This document shows positions 12,701 to 24,482 of a DNA stretch of 64,000 nucleotides, piece after piece; position 1 is the first letter of the stretch, and each line of letters opens with the position of its first letter. The stretch spans positions 39,928,001 to 39,992,000 of the forward strand of contig OZ024758.1 of the NCBI GenBank assembly GCA_964016885.1, in the 5' to 3' direction. The translations under genes and the position numbers were made by a program. Below the pieces are notes generated by a model. That model ran no database searches. It saw nothing but the letters and a program-made list of their open reading frames with translations, and was not told where the DNA came from. Origin of the DNA: Eledone cirrhosa (taxonomy: Eukaryota).

Positions 12701-13227
12701 TCGGCCAGGTCAAATCGGCCGAGTAACCCCTTGAGGCTGTTGCACCCCTCTCTATCGGGACATGCCCCTGCATAGTCCCAACGTGCATCCAGGATACCAT
12801 TCCAATCCCCCACTAAAAGCAGGGAACGGGACGTCCCTAGAAAAGACTCCAGACGCTGGAAAAAGTCGGGCCGCTCTGTCCCAAAAGGGGCATATGCGGC
12901 TATCAGCCTAAGGGCTCTACCTTCACCACTGCCAAGGTCCAGCACCACCAGTCGACCCCCTGGGTCCAAGTGAACTATCTGTGTTGCAAGGCCCATATGT
13001 TTTTGCAGCAGAACGACAACCCCACCCCCACCTCCGGGCTGACAGAGAGATGCGTGCATCTCAAAGTCGTCAAAGGTGGGGGCTAGCTGTCGCATGCTGC
13101 TGATCCGGGCCTCGCAGATAACCATCACATTTATAGATTGTGACCTGAGGTCATTTAGAAGCATTGCTTGCTTCCAAGACGAGCCCAGGCCACGCGCATT
13201 TAGACACCCTACTCTTAGCACAGCCAT
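9790..13227 (-). CDS. LINE ORF2p: APE endonuclease, reverse transcriptase and C-terminal CCHC zinc finger; intact
   Basis: GCLNARG, GDWN, YLDRFLV and SDH (EN); SPGLDG, FRPITLLN, LDQSKAFDRVDH, RQGCPLS and YADD (RT); CPRC-x8-H-x4-C. First ATG at 13227. Confidence 0.95.
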   Translation of the reverse strand: MAVLRVGCLNARGLGSSWKQAMLLNDLRSQSINVMVICEARISSMRQLAPTFDDFEMHASLCQPGGGGGVVVLLQKHMGLATQIVHLDPGGRLVVLDLGSGEGRALRLIAAYAPFGTERPDFFQRLESFLGTSRSLLLVGDWNGILDARWDYAGACPDREGCNSLKGLLGRFDLADRFRLDFPTVPTWSWSNRSGSSRSYLDRFLVRNKDRDFLSCPEMLMVGYSDHKLVTCMVNLDRTHRQGPGYWKLNLSLPASRAYRNRISTLVKERLTGAIVNSRWWVSLKREIRVVSIEFSKVLAADRNRKERELIDRVEEAIRSGDVARVLASRTALSQFFDAKHEGCVVRSKIRALGNEGAKAVSWARVTEANSGTKSTIRSLRDLDGRAILEPKQMCEAFQRHFARLFGRGGEPVGNVDFGPYLDGLPRLSDREAKSCEEPISAAEIEDVLGQCGKRKSPGLDGLPYELYLAMPDLFPDLLEAVYCNWQQNGRIPCTVTKGVVTLVRKDENKGDEISNFRPITLLNTELQILAKVLAKRLALVVGNLVGDAQTCAIPSRSIHDNLHLMRYIIERVGNEPGFGGALINLDQSKAFDRVDHGYLNAVLAAAGFGPVFRGWITAMHSSRICSRVKVNGYLSEPFKIARSIRQGCPLSSLLYVLTLEPLLRKLELLQGIPLEPGLRKAVSAYADDVTVMVSTASEIEAVGTLLEEYEKFTGAKLNRDKSIGLQLGTWRGRPMPSDGVVGRWTEGPVKLLGVWFGPDLQVEKNWAEVTNRVFALTQKWASCKLSLKGRAEVANTYIASVIYYRLTVVPCPRETLTKMERALFQFLWKGRAPMVRRSICCQHPSKGGLGMPWLMMRKHALRLRHLYVFLTGQPVWASFVRRTFPRLVSLTELQSWVKQRPRKLGAWHTECAQALTALWQADPVISGDSTATFYRGLVHSRCDDALGEALDMEEDELASLFGRTFSPGPMDNFQKSLAWQCYRGALPVRERLYRHGRPGRDPAKKICPRCVCDEETVAHALVHCSGVADLWGYVEQLLSRVGPIRLTTESIVMIKPPPPFKDEAEAVFLCVIAMAKEVVWWTRLKGLRSGTFLSGQQLVRFFRYHFGRRIRMEREVLHPSRFYERWVKVARMARVNGPSLYISL

Positions 13228-13251
13228 GTTGGTGGTAAAGAGAAAAGGCAC

Positions 13252-14898
13252 TTACCTCTCTGCGTCCCGGGAAACGGGCCGCTCAATTTCCATGCTGGTT
13301 GGGGATGGGTTGTTGGGTGGGGTGGTGGTTTGTGGAAGTGAAGGGGCATCGGTGTGTTGTGGGGTTAGGGTGTTTGTCGTTGAGTGGGTGTCTGGGTGGG
13401 GTGGGGGGGTGAAATTTTTTAGGAGGACGCGGTTGATTGGTTTGGCGCAGGGGGGGCCCACGTCCTCCGTGAAATTTATTTTCAGTGTTTTGTACAAGTG
13501 CATTGGGACTTTTATCATTTTCAAATGAGGTAGTCCCACAGCAGTTATAAAGTTTGGCCCTTCAGTTTGGACCGAAGGGTTTGCTGAAATTGTTTTCCGT
13601 AATTCTTTGTTGTCTGTGTTCATGTATGTGTATTGTAAGGTCTTTTTTTGTGTGGCAGTTAGTGTTGTGTGACAGGGAGGGGTGGTTTGTGTGTAGTTTG
13701 TGTTCTCTTGGGGGGGGGGGGTTAAAGTTAACATGTGTGTCTGTGGTGCGTCTCCTCTTCTTTCTTTTTACTTGTTGGAAGGGATCTTTTTCGTCTTGCG
13801 ACGAAAGAGGTTCGTCTTCCTTGTTGGGTGGGAGGGGTATGTTTTCTGGTAGTGTTTGCGGTGTGCGTGTTTTTGTATTTGTTTTGGGTGGGGAGGGATT
13901 GGGTGGGACAGTATTCTGTGTTATTTTTTCACGTGTTTGTTGTTGTTGTTGTTGTGGTGGTGGTGGTGGGGTTGTTGGTTTTTGTTGTTGTTGTGGTTGT
14001 TTTTGTTGTTGTAGTTGGGGTGGTGTTGGTGTTGGTAGCAGTGTTTTTTTCTGTGTGAGCTGGGGACAGGCAGCCCTCAGGTGACCTCTATTGCCACAGA
14101 GGTAACAGGAGGGACGCCTACCCTCCACAATAATGTTGAGGTGGGTACGGTCATCCAGCATGACGCGCTCAGGGATTTGGGCGATGCGTTCTGGCCTTAT
14201 TTGGGTCAGAACTTCGAGGCTCGTTCCACTGAACGCGTCGCCGGATGCCTTCCCTATTGAGATGAGGTTGTCCTCGTCTAAATTGAGGAAACCGGTTAGT
14301 AACCACCAGTAGTTTATGTTTGGGGTGATGGTGGTTATCCATATCCTCTGGGTTTTTTTACCCATGTAGGTGGGGAAGAAGGTGTAGTGTGTGGACCGAA
14401 TTGGCGACACAGAGTATTTTTTTGCCGCCAATTCGTCTTTCATCAATATGGATAAACTCCCATAGAGTTTATCCTTTTGTATGAAAGTGATGTCTCTCAT
14501 CGCGTCTTTCAAGACTAACTGAGTTTCCGCTTGAGATGGTTGCGCTGGTTTCTTTGTTTTATTTAAAATTGTTCGGAATACGACAGTTCGTAATTCCGTC
14601 TGTCTTTTTAGCTCCGGAGGTGAATGTATAGAAAACGATCCGTTTTCGCCAAAAGACACATATTTCTTGGCTTTTTCCAGCATTTCTTTTGCTTTTGAAA
14701 TATCTTCCAGCACATAAGCGACTGATAATTTAGCCGTTTGTGCAAAAGATATTTTGTTTTCGTTTTGGATATTAGTATTGTTTTGTTTCTCGTCGTTTGT
14801 GTTGTTTTCATCTTTGTTGTTGTTGTTGTCTTTCTCGTTTCGTGTGTGGATACTTGTGACGTTTGTGTTGTTGTTGTTTTTGTTGTCTTTATTGTTGC

Positions 14899-14929
<31 letters not shown>

Positions 14930-15103
14930 TTCAAATTCTTGTGTAGTTGTGGCTACATCTAGTGGTCGGTCAACAGGTGAAGACAATTCTTCCTCTCTCT
15001 GACCTCTGCCTTTGGCATCTGCTGCTGTGACAGTGGCAGGGGGAAGCTGTGAGTATGACTTCCTCTTTCCTTCTTTGATTGATGGTGAAGATGCTTCAGC
15101 CAT
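13252..15103 (-). CDS. LINE ORF1p (CCHC zinc knuckle), one frameshift in a G12 homopolymer at 13710-13721
   Basis: VEGRRPSCYLCGNRGHLRAACP. The two ORFs 13562-15112 and 13252-13734 together align to the single 625-aa ORF1 at 24483-26360. Confidence 0.88.
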
Positions 15104-15362
15104 TTTTCTCAAAATAGGGTTTTTCGAAGTTTTTCGAAAGATAAAATGTTCACAATACTATTTCGCCCAAAGGCGCAGAATATTTTGAGAGACCGACCAG
15201 ATCAAAATTTGACCTGGCAGTCCCTCTACAAAATGATACAAAAATGAAAGTTTACAGTTTACAATTTCCGTATGAATTTAAACAAAAACTTACCGAGCGA
15301 GCTCAGCACATGTGTCCATCGTATAGATAGATAGACAGATAAATAGATAGATAGACAAACAG

Positions 15363-15491
<129 letters not shown>

Positions 15492-15832
15492 CATACAAAC
15501 ATAAGCAATCTCCGGCCGTCTAATCTTGAATCCAAATTTCTATTACAAATGTCGCTTTCATCGAATTGGCTGTGAAAGATGATATTATTCATAGCTTGGA
15601 ACCTTTTGATGGTAACAAGTGTCATTTTGAATGCCAGACAAACCATTCTTAAAATCTGATTCCAACAAATAATTCACATGCTGACAAATAAAATATTTTC
15701 TGAAAGGCCATACCTAGCTATACTTCTTGTTCTGCAATCGCAGCTTTATCCATAAGGTTTGCGGCCGTGAAACAGTCTTCTGCGCCATTTTTGTTTAAAA
15801 TATGTATATATCTCCCACTCACACACACACAC

Positions 15833-15939
<107 letters not shown>

Positions 15940-16042
15940 CCCCTCTCTCTCTCACACACACATACACACACGCACACACACAGACACACACACATATATA
16001 TATATACGTGTGATCGTGTGTTGATGTGTGTATGTTTCTATG

Positions 16043-16109
<67 letters not shown>

Positions 16110-16118
16110 ATATGTGTG

Positions 16119-16220
<102 letters not shown>

Positions 16221-16596
16221 ATGTTTCTATGTATATATATATATATATATATATACATAGAAACATACACACATCAACACACCCTCACACGTATATATAT
16301 ATATATATGGGGAGTGTAACTTGGAGATACTGTAGGTTCACTTCTGTGTCGAGGTGTAGAGCTCTACACCGTGTATTATATTGAACAGATAACAAGGACG
16401 ATTGGTTACTCCTTCATTACATTTATTGGTAGGTGACGCGCGTTTCTCCACTGATCAGCTCAAAGTTTGATCTGTATCGATCTTAGCCAACTCTATAATC
16501 CGCAGCTCGACGGAACCTTTAAGATGCTAGTAGAAAATAAATACATGCTATATGGTAAAGTCAGAAGTTCATATGTTGGTCAATATGGCTTGTTTT

Positions 16597-16633
<37 letters not shown>

Positions 16634-16770
16634 GTGTGTGTGTGTATATATATATGAATATCCATGTTTAATAGACAGACAAATAGATAGATTGTTGTCA
16701 AAATATAGGTTAGCAAGCAACTCTGTCAAAAAAAAGGAAAGAAAAGAGGGAATGTCAATCATCCCTTGTA

Positions 16771-17195
16771 CAACACAACAACAACAACAGCAGTACTAAC
16801 AACAACAACAATAACAACAAAAACAACAACAGCAATAACAACAACAACGACAACAACCAACCACCACCACAACAACAACATCTTCAACTACAACCACAAC
16901 CAACCACCAGCACAACAACAACAACAACCACAACCACCACAACAACAACAACAACAACCACAACAACAACAACAACAACCACCACAACAACACCAACCAC
17001 CACAACAACAACCACAACAACCAAACCAACCACAACAACAACAACATCTTCAACTACAACCACAACAACCACAGCAACCACACAACAACAACCACAACAA
17101 CCACATCAACAACCACATCAACAACAACAACCACATCAATAACCACAATAACCACAACCACAACAACAAAAACAACAACAAACCACCACACAACT
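16771..17195. repeat. Degenerate (CAA)n/(CAC)n microsatellite
   Basis: Direct inspection. Confidence 0.9.
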
Positions 17196-17516
17196 ATATT
17201 TCCTTCTCCACAATTCAATTCCCTGTTAGAATTATATTCAGCGTTTCTTAAACGGGAATATATGATAAATAGAATCTGTTGCTAGAAATATTCAAATCTT
17301 TTCACACGAGAATCTCGGAACTCACACATTGAATCACCTTTACCCCTTCTCATTCGCCATCATCATCATCATTACCATCATAAATATTCATCATAAATGT
17401 TGTAGAATTATCCATATTCTAAATATATAGTTAGTATCGTCTTCTCGCAGTCTCTATCTGTATATGTATCCATATATCTATCCATCTATCTATCTATTTA
17501 TCTATCTATATATATA

Positions 17517-19252
17517 TTGGACATGGATTCCATCAACGGAAAAAAAAAATTTGAAAAATTGCATGACAATATTAATACCACAAACAAAGACACAACAAAC
17601 ACAAAAATAACATTTGAAAACAACATAACAGAAAGCAAAGCAGACGACAAAGTAAACAAAATTTCATTTGCACAAACAACAAAGAAATTTTTGACATATA
17701 TACCTGAAAATATTTCAGATGTGGCACGAAGAATCACAGACGCCAAACAATACATAAGTGAAGGAGAGAATGGTATTTTATCGGTAAAAATGCCTCAAGA
17801 ACACACCAAAGACATTGAAAGTCGAACGGTCGTGTTCCGCACCATCAACAACACTTCAAAAAAACCTGAACAGCCAACTCAAGCAGATATCAAAACAGTA
17901 CTCACAGAAGTACTTAATGAAACCACTTTCATAAGAAAAGACAGACTGTATAGAAGCCTAGCAATTATTATGAAGAACGAATCGGCGGCAATAAAATGTG
18001 CTTTGTCACCGATTCGTTCGAAAAATGTTACCTTTTATCCATCTTATATGGGTAAAAGAACTCAACGCATATGGCTGGATGCAATGATGCCAGATGTGGA
18101 CTACTGCTGGCTCATAGCTGGCTTCATCGATCCAGTGAATGACAACGTGATTTCCATTGGGAAAACCACAGGCAATGCGTTCAGTGGAACAGGTATAGAG
18201 CTGGTAGTGCAAATGAAGCCTGAACGCATCGCCCAAATACCCGACAGAATCCTATTAGAGGGCCACGGGTATATAAACATTAGCGTGGAGGGGAGAAGGC
18301 CGTCCTGTCATATCTGTGCAGGAAGAGGGCACCTGAAGGCCGCTTGTCCCCAACTCAACAAAAAGAAAACCCTACTACCAACACCAGCTCCACCACCACC
18401 ACCACAACAGATAAACAAACAACAAAACTCAGTCCCACCCAACCCGTCCCTCAGTAAAACTACACCACCACCACAACACAAACAGTCACAACACATTACC
18501 CCAAAACAAAATACAGGCCCACCCAACCCCTCACTCAATAAAACAACACAACCACCGCAGACACAACACACAACACAGTCTAACATAGTGACATCCATCT
18601 CCCCCACAAAGAAAACCAACACGGAAACATTACCAGCAAACATACCTCTTCCCTCCAACACTGAAGATAACCCAACGAATTCGGAGGAAGAAACGGAGTC
18701 CTTCAGACAGATTAAAAGGAAAAAAAGAAAACATGTGCAAAACACACAAGGCCAAACAACCCCCACCCAAATGTCAACACAATCCAACAAAACAGAAAAC
18801 ACCCCTCCAGCAACAAACAAAACCAAACCTGCCCCTCCCCTCTTCGAAACACTCACACCATCCGAAAAAAAGACATTACACTATACTTACATCAACAGAA
18901 ACAATAATAAATTAAATGAACTCATATACAATAATCCTTCGGTACAAACCGAAGGTGTAAACTTTGTTTCTTCAGAAAACTACCCACATTTAAAATTAAT
19001 AAAGATCCCAATGAACCTCTACCAAAAACTAAAAAAGGATTTTAAGGGGGACGTCGGACCACCCTCTGTCAAACCCATAAACCGCGTCCTACTAAAAAGC
19101 TTTCCCCCTCCCCTTCCCCTCCCCAACACAACTCCAAACACCCCAACCCCACCACACACTGACGACCCCACACCACCACAAGACACCCCTTCACCCAACA
19201 CCCCCGACCCATGGAAGTCGTGCGACCCGAACCCCGGGAAGCGGAAAGGTAG
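17517..19252 (+). pseudogene. ORF1p of copy A (5'-truncated, 1-bp deletion near the C-terminus)
   Basis: CHICAGRGHLKAAC knuckle. Has gacccatgg at about 19210 where copy B has gaccccatgg. Confidence 0.85.
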
Positions 19253-19285
19253 GTCCCTACACTCTCCTTTGGCTCTGCCGCCCAC

Positions 19286-22200
19286 ATGGATGTGTTAAGA
19301 GTAGGATGTTTGAATGCACGTGGCCTGGGCTCAACTTGGAAGCAAGCAAAGCTTCTAAATGACCTCAGGTCATGTGGTATAAATGTAATGGTTATCTGTG
19401 AGACTCGGATCAGCGTCGTGCGGCAGCTGGCCCCTACCTTCGATGACTTTGAGGTGCATGCATCTCTCTGTCAACCTGGAGGTGGGGGTGGGGTTGTCGT
19501 ACTGCTGCAAAAACACCTGGGTCTTGCCGTACAGGTTGTGCACTCGGACCCGGAGGGTCGTTTGTTGGTGCTAGACGTTGGCAGTAGTGAAGGTGCGGCC
19601 TTGAGACTGGTCGCCGTCTACTCCCCTTTCGGAGCTGAACGGCCCGACTTCTTCCAGCGTTTGGAGACTTTTCTGGGAACGTCGCGTTCCCTGCTTCTAG
19701 CGGGGGATTGGAATGACTCCTAGATGCACGTTGGGACTATGCAGGAGCATGTCCTAATAGAGGGGGGTGTAACAGCCTCAAGGGGTTACTCGACCGTTTT
19801 AACTTGGTCGATAGATATCGACTAGATTTTCCAACTGTGCCTACCTGGACTTGGAGAAACCACAGTGGTCAATCTAGATTGTACTTAGATAGATTCTTAG
19901 TTAGAAGTAAGGATAGGGACATATTAAGCTGTCCAGAAATGCGCACGGTTGGCTACACGGATCACAAATTAGTGACCTGCGTAGTCAATCTCGAGAAAAC
20001 ACATAAACAGGGTCCCGGTTACTGGAAACTTAATTTGTCTTTACCGGCAAAAGAGACTTACAGAAACCGGATTAGCAGATTAGTTAAGGAGAGGTTGACG
20101 GGTGCGATCGTCAACAACCGATGTTGGGCATCTCTCAAAAGAGAGATTAGAACAGAATCAATAAGTTATAGCAAGATGTTAGCTGCCGATAGGAATAGAA
20201 ACGAGAAAGAATTAACAGGTAAATTAGAAGAGGCAATCAAGAGCGAAGATGTGGCCAGAGTGCTGGCATCGAGGACGGCCTTGAACCAGTTTTTCGATGC
20301 AAAGCACGAAGGCTGCGTCATTCGAAGTAAAATACGTGCTCTAGGTAATGAGGGGGCCAAAGCCGTTGGCTGGGCCCGCGTTGCAAGACGAAGATGGACG
20401 GGTGATCCGGGAGCCTAAGCAGATGTGCGAGGCCTTTCAAAGGCACTTTGCCCGATTGTTCGGGGGAGGCGAGGGTCCGGGCGGGGACGTGGATTTCGGT
20501 CCATACCTCGACGGCCTGCCGCGTCTCTCGAGCGAAGAGGCACAGTCCTGCGAGGGACCAATCTCGGCTGATGAGATCGGAGATGCCCTGAGCCAATGCA
20601 GCAGACGCAAATCTCCAGGTCTCGATGGTATACCTTACGAACTTTATTTAGCAATGCCGGTCTTCTTCTCCGAACTCCTCGAAGCGGTCTACTGCAATTG
20701 GCAGCAGAACGGGAGAATTCCTTGTTCTGTAGCCAAGGGCGTAGTCACGCTGGTGAGGAAGGACGAGAACAAGGGAGATAGTATAAATAATTTTCGGCCC
20801 ATAACGCTGCTAAACACAGAGTTAAAGATTTTGGCCAAGGTGTTAGCAAAAAGGTTGGCGCTTGTCGTGGGTGGCCTGGTGGGAGATGCGCAGACATGTG
20901 CTATCCCATCCAGGTCCATTCACGATAACCTCCACCTCATGCGATACATCATAGAGAGGGTTGGCAACAAACCCGGCTTCGGTGGGGCCCTGATCAACTT
21001 GGATCAGTCTAAGGCCTTCGATAGGGTCGACCATGGTTACCTGGATGCGGTGCTAGCGGCGGCTGGGTTCGGTCCTGTTTTCAGAGGCTGGATCTCTGCC
21101 TTACATAGCAACCACATCTCTTCTAGGATCAAGGTGAACGGCTACCTTTCGAAGCCGTTCGAAATCACACTATCCATTCGACAGGGGTGCCCTCTGTCCT
21201 CCCTTCTGTACGTATTGACTCTCGAGCCTTTACTGAGGAAGTTGGAGTTGTTGCAGGGTATCCCCCTGGAACCAGGATTGAGCAAAGCGGTGTCGGCCTA
21301 CGCCGATGACGTAACAGTAATGGTATCAACCGACTCGGAGATCGAGGCGATCGGTACCTTACTGGAGGATTACGAAAGGTTGTCAGGAGCGAAACTGAAC
21401 CGGGAAAAATCCATCGGGCTGCAACTCGGAACGTGGAGAGGCAGACCGATGCCTCCCGATGGTGTCGTCGGACACTGGACGGAGGGCCCGGTAAAGTTGA
21501 TTGGGGTCTGGTTTGGACCGGACCTCCAGGTGGAAAAGAACTGGAACGAGGTTACGAACAAGGTGTTTGCACTAACCCAGAAATGGGCCAAGTGTAAGCT
21601 GTCCCTAAAAGGCCGGGCGGAGGTGGCGAACATTTACATAGCGTCCGTCACTTACTACCGCCTGACTGTCGTGCCTTGCCCTAAGGAAACACACACCTCC
21701 ATGGAACGCATGCTCTTCCAATTTCTTTGGAAGAAGCGCCCTCCTATGGTGAGAAGATCCATCTGCTGCCAACAACCTTCGAAAGGAGGGCTGGGGATGC
21801 CGTGGTTGATGATGCGTAGGCACGCATTAAGGCTACGGCACCTACAGGTATTCCTCACTGGTCAACCGGTGTGGGCTCCGTTCGTGAAACGAGCCTTTCC
21901 GAGACTCGTCTCGCTCACCGAGCTGCAGTCCTGGGTCAAGCAAAGATCCGGAAAACTGGGAGACTGGCACACTGAGTGTGCTCAGGCGCTCAGGGCTCTC
22001 TGGCAAGCGGGCCAGGCCGTCGGTGGAGAACCCACCTCATCATTCTATAGAGGGCTGGTGGAGAGCAGGGGCGATGACACCCTTGGAGAGTCGCTGGACA
22101 TGGATGAGGACGAACTGGCCAGCCTGTTCGGTAGGACTTTCGGCCCGGGACCAATGGACAACTTCCAGAAGTCACTAGCCTGGCAGTGCTACCGGGGGGC

Positions 22201-22681
22201 TCTACCCGTTCGAGAGAGGCTCTACAGACACGGGCGCCCGGGCAGGGATCCCTCAAAAAAGTTTTGCCCTAGATGCGTGCGTCACGAAGAAACCGTTGTG
22301 CACGCATTGGTGCAATGTCCGGGCGCGGCTGATATGTGGGGCTACGCCGAACGACTGCTGTCGCGGGTGGCGCCGATTCAATTGACCGCCGAGTCCGTGA
22401 TGACAATCAAACCGCCTCCTCTCTTCACAAAGGAAGCAAAGGCGGTTTTTCTGTGCGTAATAGCCACGTTGAAAGAGGTTGTTTGGTGGACACGATTGAA
22501 AGGTCTGAGGTCAGGCAACTTCCTCTCTGGCCATAGTCTGGTCTACTTCTTCCGATATCACTTCGGAAGAAGGATAAGAATGGAGAGAGAGGTGCTTGGC
22601 CACAGGCAGTTTTATGAAAGGTGGGTGATAGTGGCGAGAATGGCTCGTGTAAATGGGCCTTCTCTGTATACCATCCTGTAG
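19286..22681 (+). pseudogene. ORF2p of copy A (EN-RT-ZnF), broken by a frameshift at about 19716 and an ~42-bp deletion at about 20380
   Basis: Three consecutive ORFs (19286-19723, 19804-20418, 20348-22681) collinear with the intact ORF2. Confidence 0.93.
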
Positions 22682-23093
22682 GTAAAGAAGTAAAGGAGAG
22701 GGGAGCACCTTCTCCATGTGCTCCCCGGGTAAAGGATTGCACACTTTTTCGGGGGGGTGTGCAACCCCCATCACGTCCCCTCCCTTTTGAGGTTATTTTC
22801 GATTATTTTCATTTTATACCCTTTTTACTCGATTGTATGTAAACTCCCCCTTTGTATTTGTCCTTTCTTTTTATGCCTTTATGGTAAATAAAGAAATATA
22901 TCTATCTATCTATCTATCTATCTATTATTCTGTATATCTATGTATCTATCTATCTATCTATCTATCTGTATATCTATCTATCTATCTATCTGTCTAGCTG
23001 TATATCTCTCGATTTAATTCTGTTTCTATCTATCTACCTATATATGTATATCTGTATATCTATCTATCTCTCTGTCTATCTATCTTTATCTCT

Positions 23094-24166
23094 GAGAGGG
23101 CTGGGAATGCTGTGGCTGATGATGCGCAAACATGCGCTGAAACTACGGCATCTACAGGTATTCCTCACCGACCAACCGACCAACCTTGCGAGACAGGCCT
23201 TCCCGCAACTTGTCTCGCTGACGGAGCCGCAGTCCTGGGTCAAGCGGAAACCGAAGAAGATGGGCGCCTGGCACATTGAATGCGCCCAGGCGCTCACAGC
23301 CCTCTGCCAAGCGGGCACGGCAATCAGTGGAGACTCCACTTCGACATTCTATAGAGGGTTAGTACGTCACAAGGGCGACGACTTGCTCGGATAGTCTCTA
23401 GGCGTCGAAGACGACGAACTCACCAGAGGTCCCTGGCCTGGCAGTGCTACCGAGGAACTCTACCAGTTCGTGTCAAGATCTACAGGCACGGACGCCCCTG
23501 CAGGGATCCTTCAAAGAGTACGTTTCCCAAATGCGAGCAGGACATTGAAACCGTCTTGCACGCAATTGTACACTGCCCGGGCGTAACCGACCTGTGGAAC
23601 TATGCAGAACAACTGCTGTCGCGTATGGGACAAATCCATTGACTGCCTAGTAAGGATCAAACCACCAACTTCTTTCAAAAACGAGAGAGGCGGTTTTGCT
23701 CTGTATAGTGGCTATGGTGTAAGAGGTTATATGGTGGACGTGATTGAGAGGACTGAGGACAGATGCCTTTATCTCCGGACAACAATTGATTCCCTTCTTT
23801 AGGTACCACTTTAGAAGGAGAATCAGAGTGGAGAGAGAGGCACTGCACCCCAGTAAATTTACTGAAAGGTGGGTGAATGTGGCAAAAATGGGCCGAGTGA
23901 TTGGGCCTTCTCTGTATATAAACCTATAGGTAGAAGAAGAGAGCAAAAGGAAGAAAGGAATACTTGCACAACAGGCTCCTGGAGTTGAGGTTTGTTCTAT
24001 CTACGGGGTATTAAACAACCCATTTGTGGTGCATCCCCCCTATTGGGGATTTCGATTGTTAAATTTGTTTGTTTCAATATTTTTACACGATTGTATGTAA
24101 AATCCCTGCCATATGTCTTTGTATTGTCCCCTTTTCATGTGCCCCCTTGTGGCTAATAAAGAAATC
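23094..24166 (+). mobile_element. 5'-truncated, decayed Tx1/L1-clade copy of a divergent subfamily
   Basis: GLGMLWLMMRKHALKLRHL...FFRYHFRRRIRVERE...GPSLYINL*. (TCTA)n on both sides. Confidence 0.9.
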
Positions 24167-24189
24167 TATCTATCTATCTGTATATCGAG

Positions 24190-24249
<60 letters not shown>

Positions 24250-24482
24250 TAATCTAGCTGTCGTCTGTTCTACAGTGTGGATGTCATTCACTTCGCACAG
24301 AAGTTTTGTTCAAATTTATTGAGGAAATTTTGTGAGTTCAAACTTTTTTTGATACAATTGTGTAGCTTGACCCTCCGTCTGAACTGTCAGGCGGTGGGTC
24401 AGCTCATCTTTACCCCTCCTAGAGGTGAAAAACCTGTTTTAAAAAAAAATTTTGTGTAAAAAATTTCAATCGTCTAACAGAA

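Larger units (their letters stand above)
9526..15322 (-). mobile_element. Full-length Tx1/L1-clade non-LTR retrotransposon (about 5.8 kb)
   Basis: 5'UTR, ORF1, ORF2 and 3'UTR with AATAAA. TCTA-type repeats at both ends (15323-15365 and about 9513-9525). Confidence 0.95.
17517..22896 (+). mobile_element. Tx1/L1-clade LINE copy A, 5'-truncated within ORF1, defective
   Basis: ORF1 17517-19252, ORF2 19286-22681 with lesions, 3'UTR ending AATAAAgaaatata(tcta)n. Preceded by a TCTA-rich tract at 17452-17510. Confidence 0.95.

Noticed and set aside
10107-13528. Antisense ORFs over the LINE ORF2 copies
   Set aside because: Shadow frames of GC-rich coding sequence
16425-16535. Hammerhead 3' half GAAACGCGCGTC on the minus strand
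   Set aside because: No intact CUGANGA box at the matching position; at best a decayed relic
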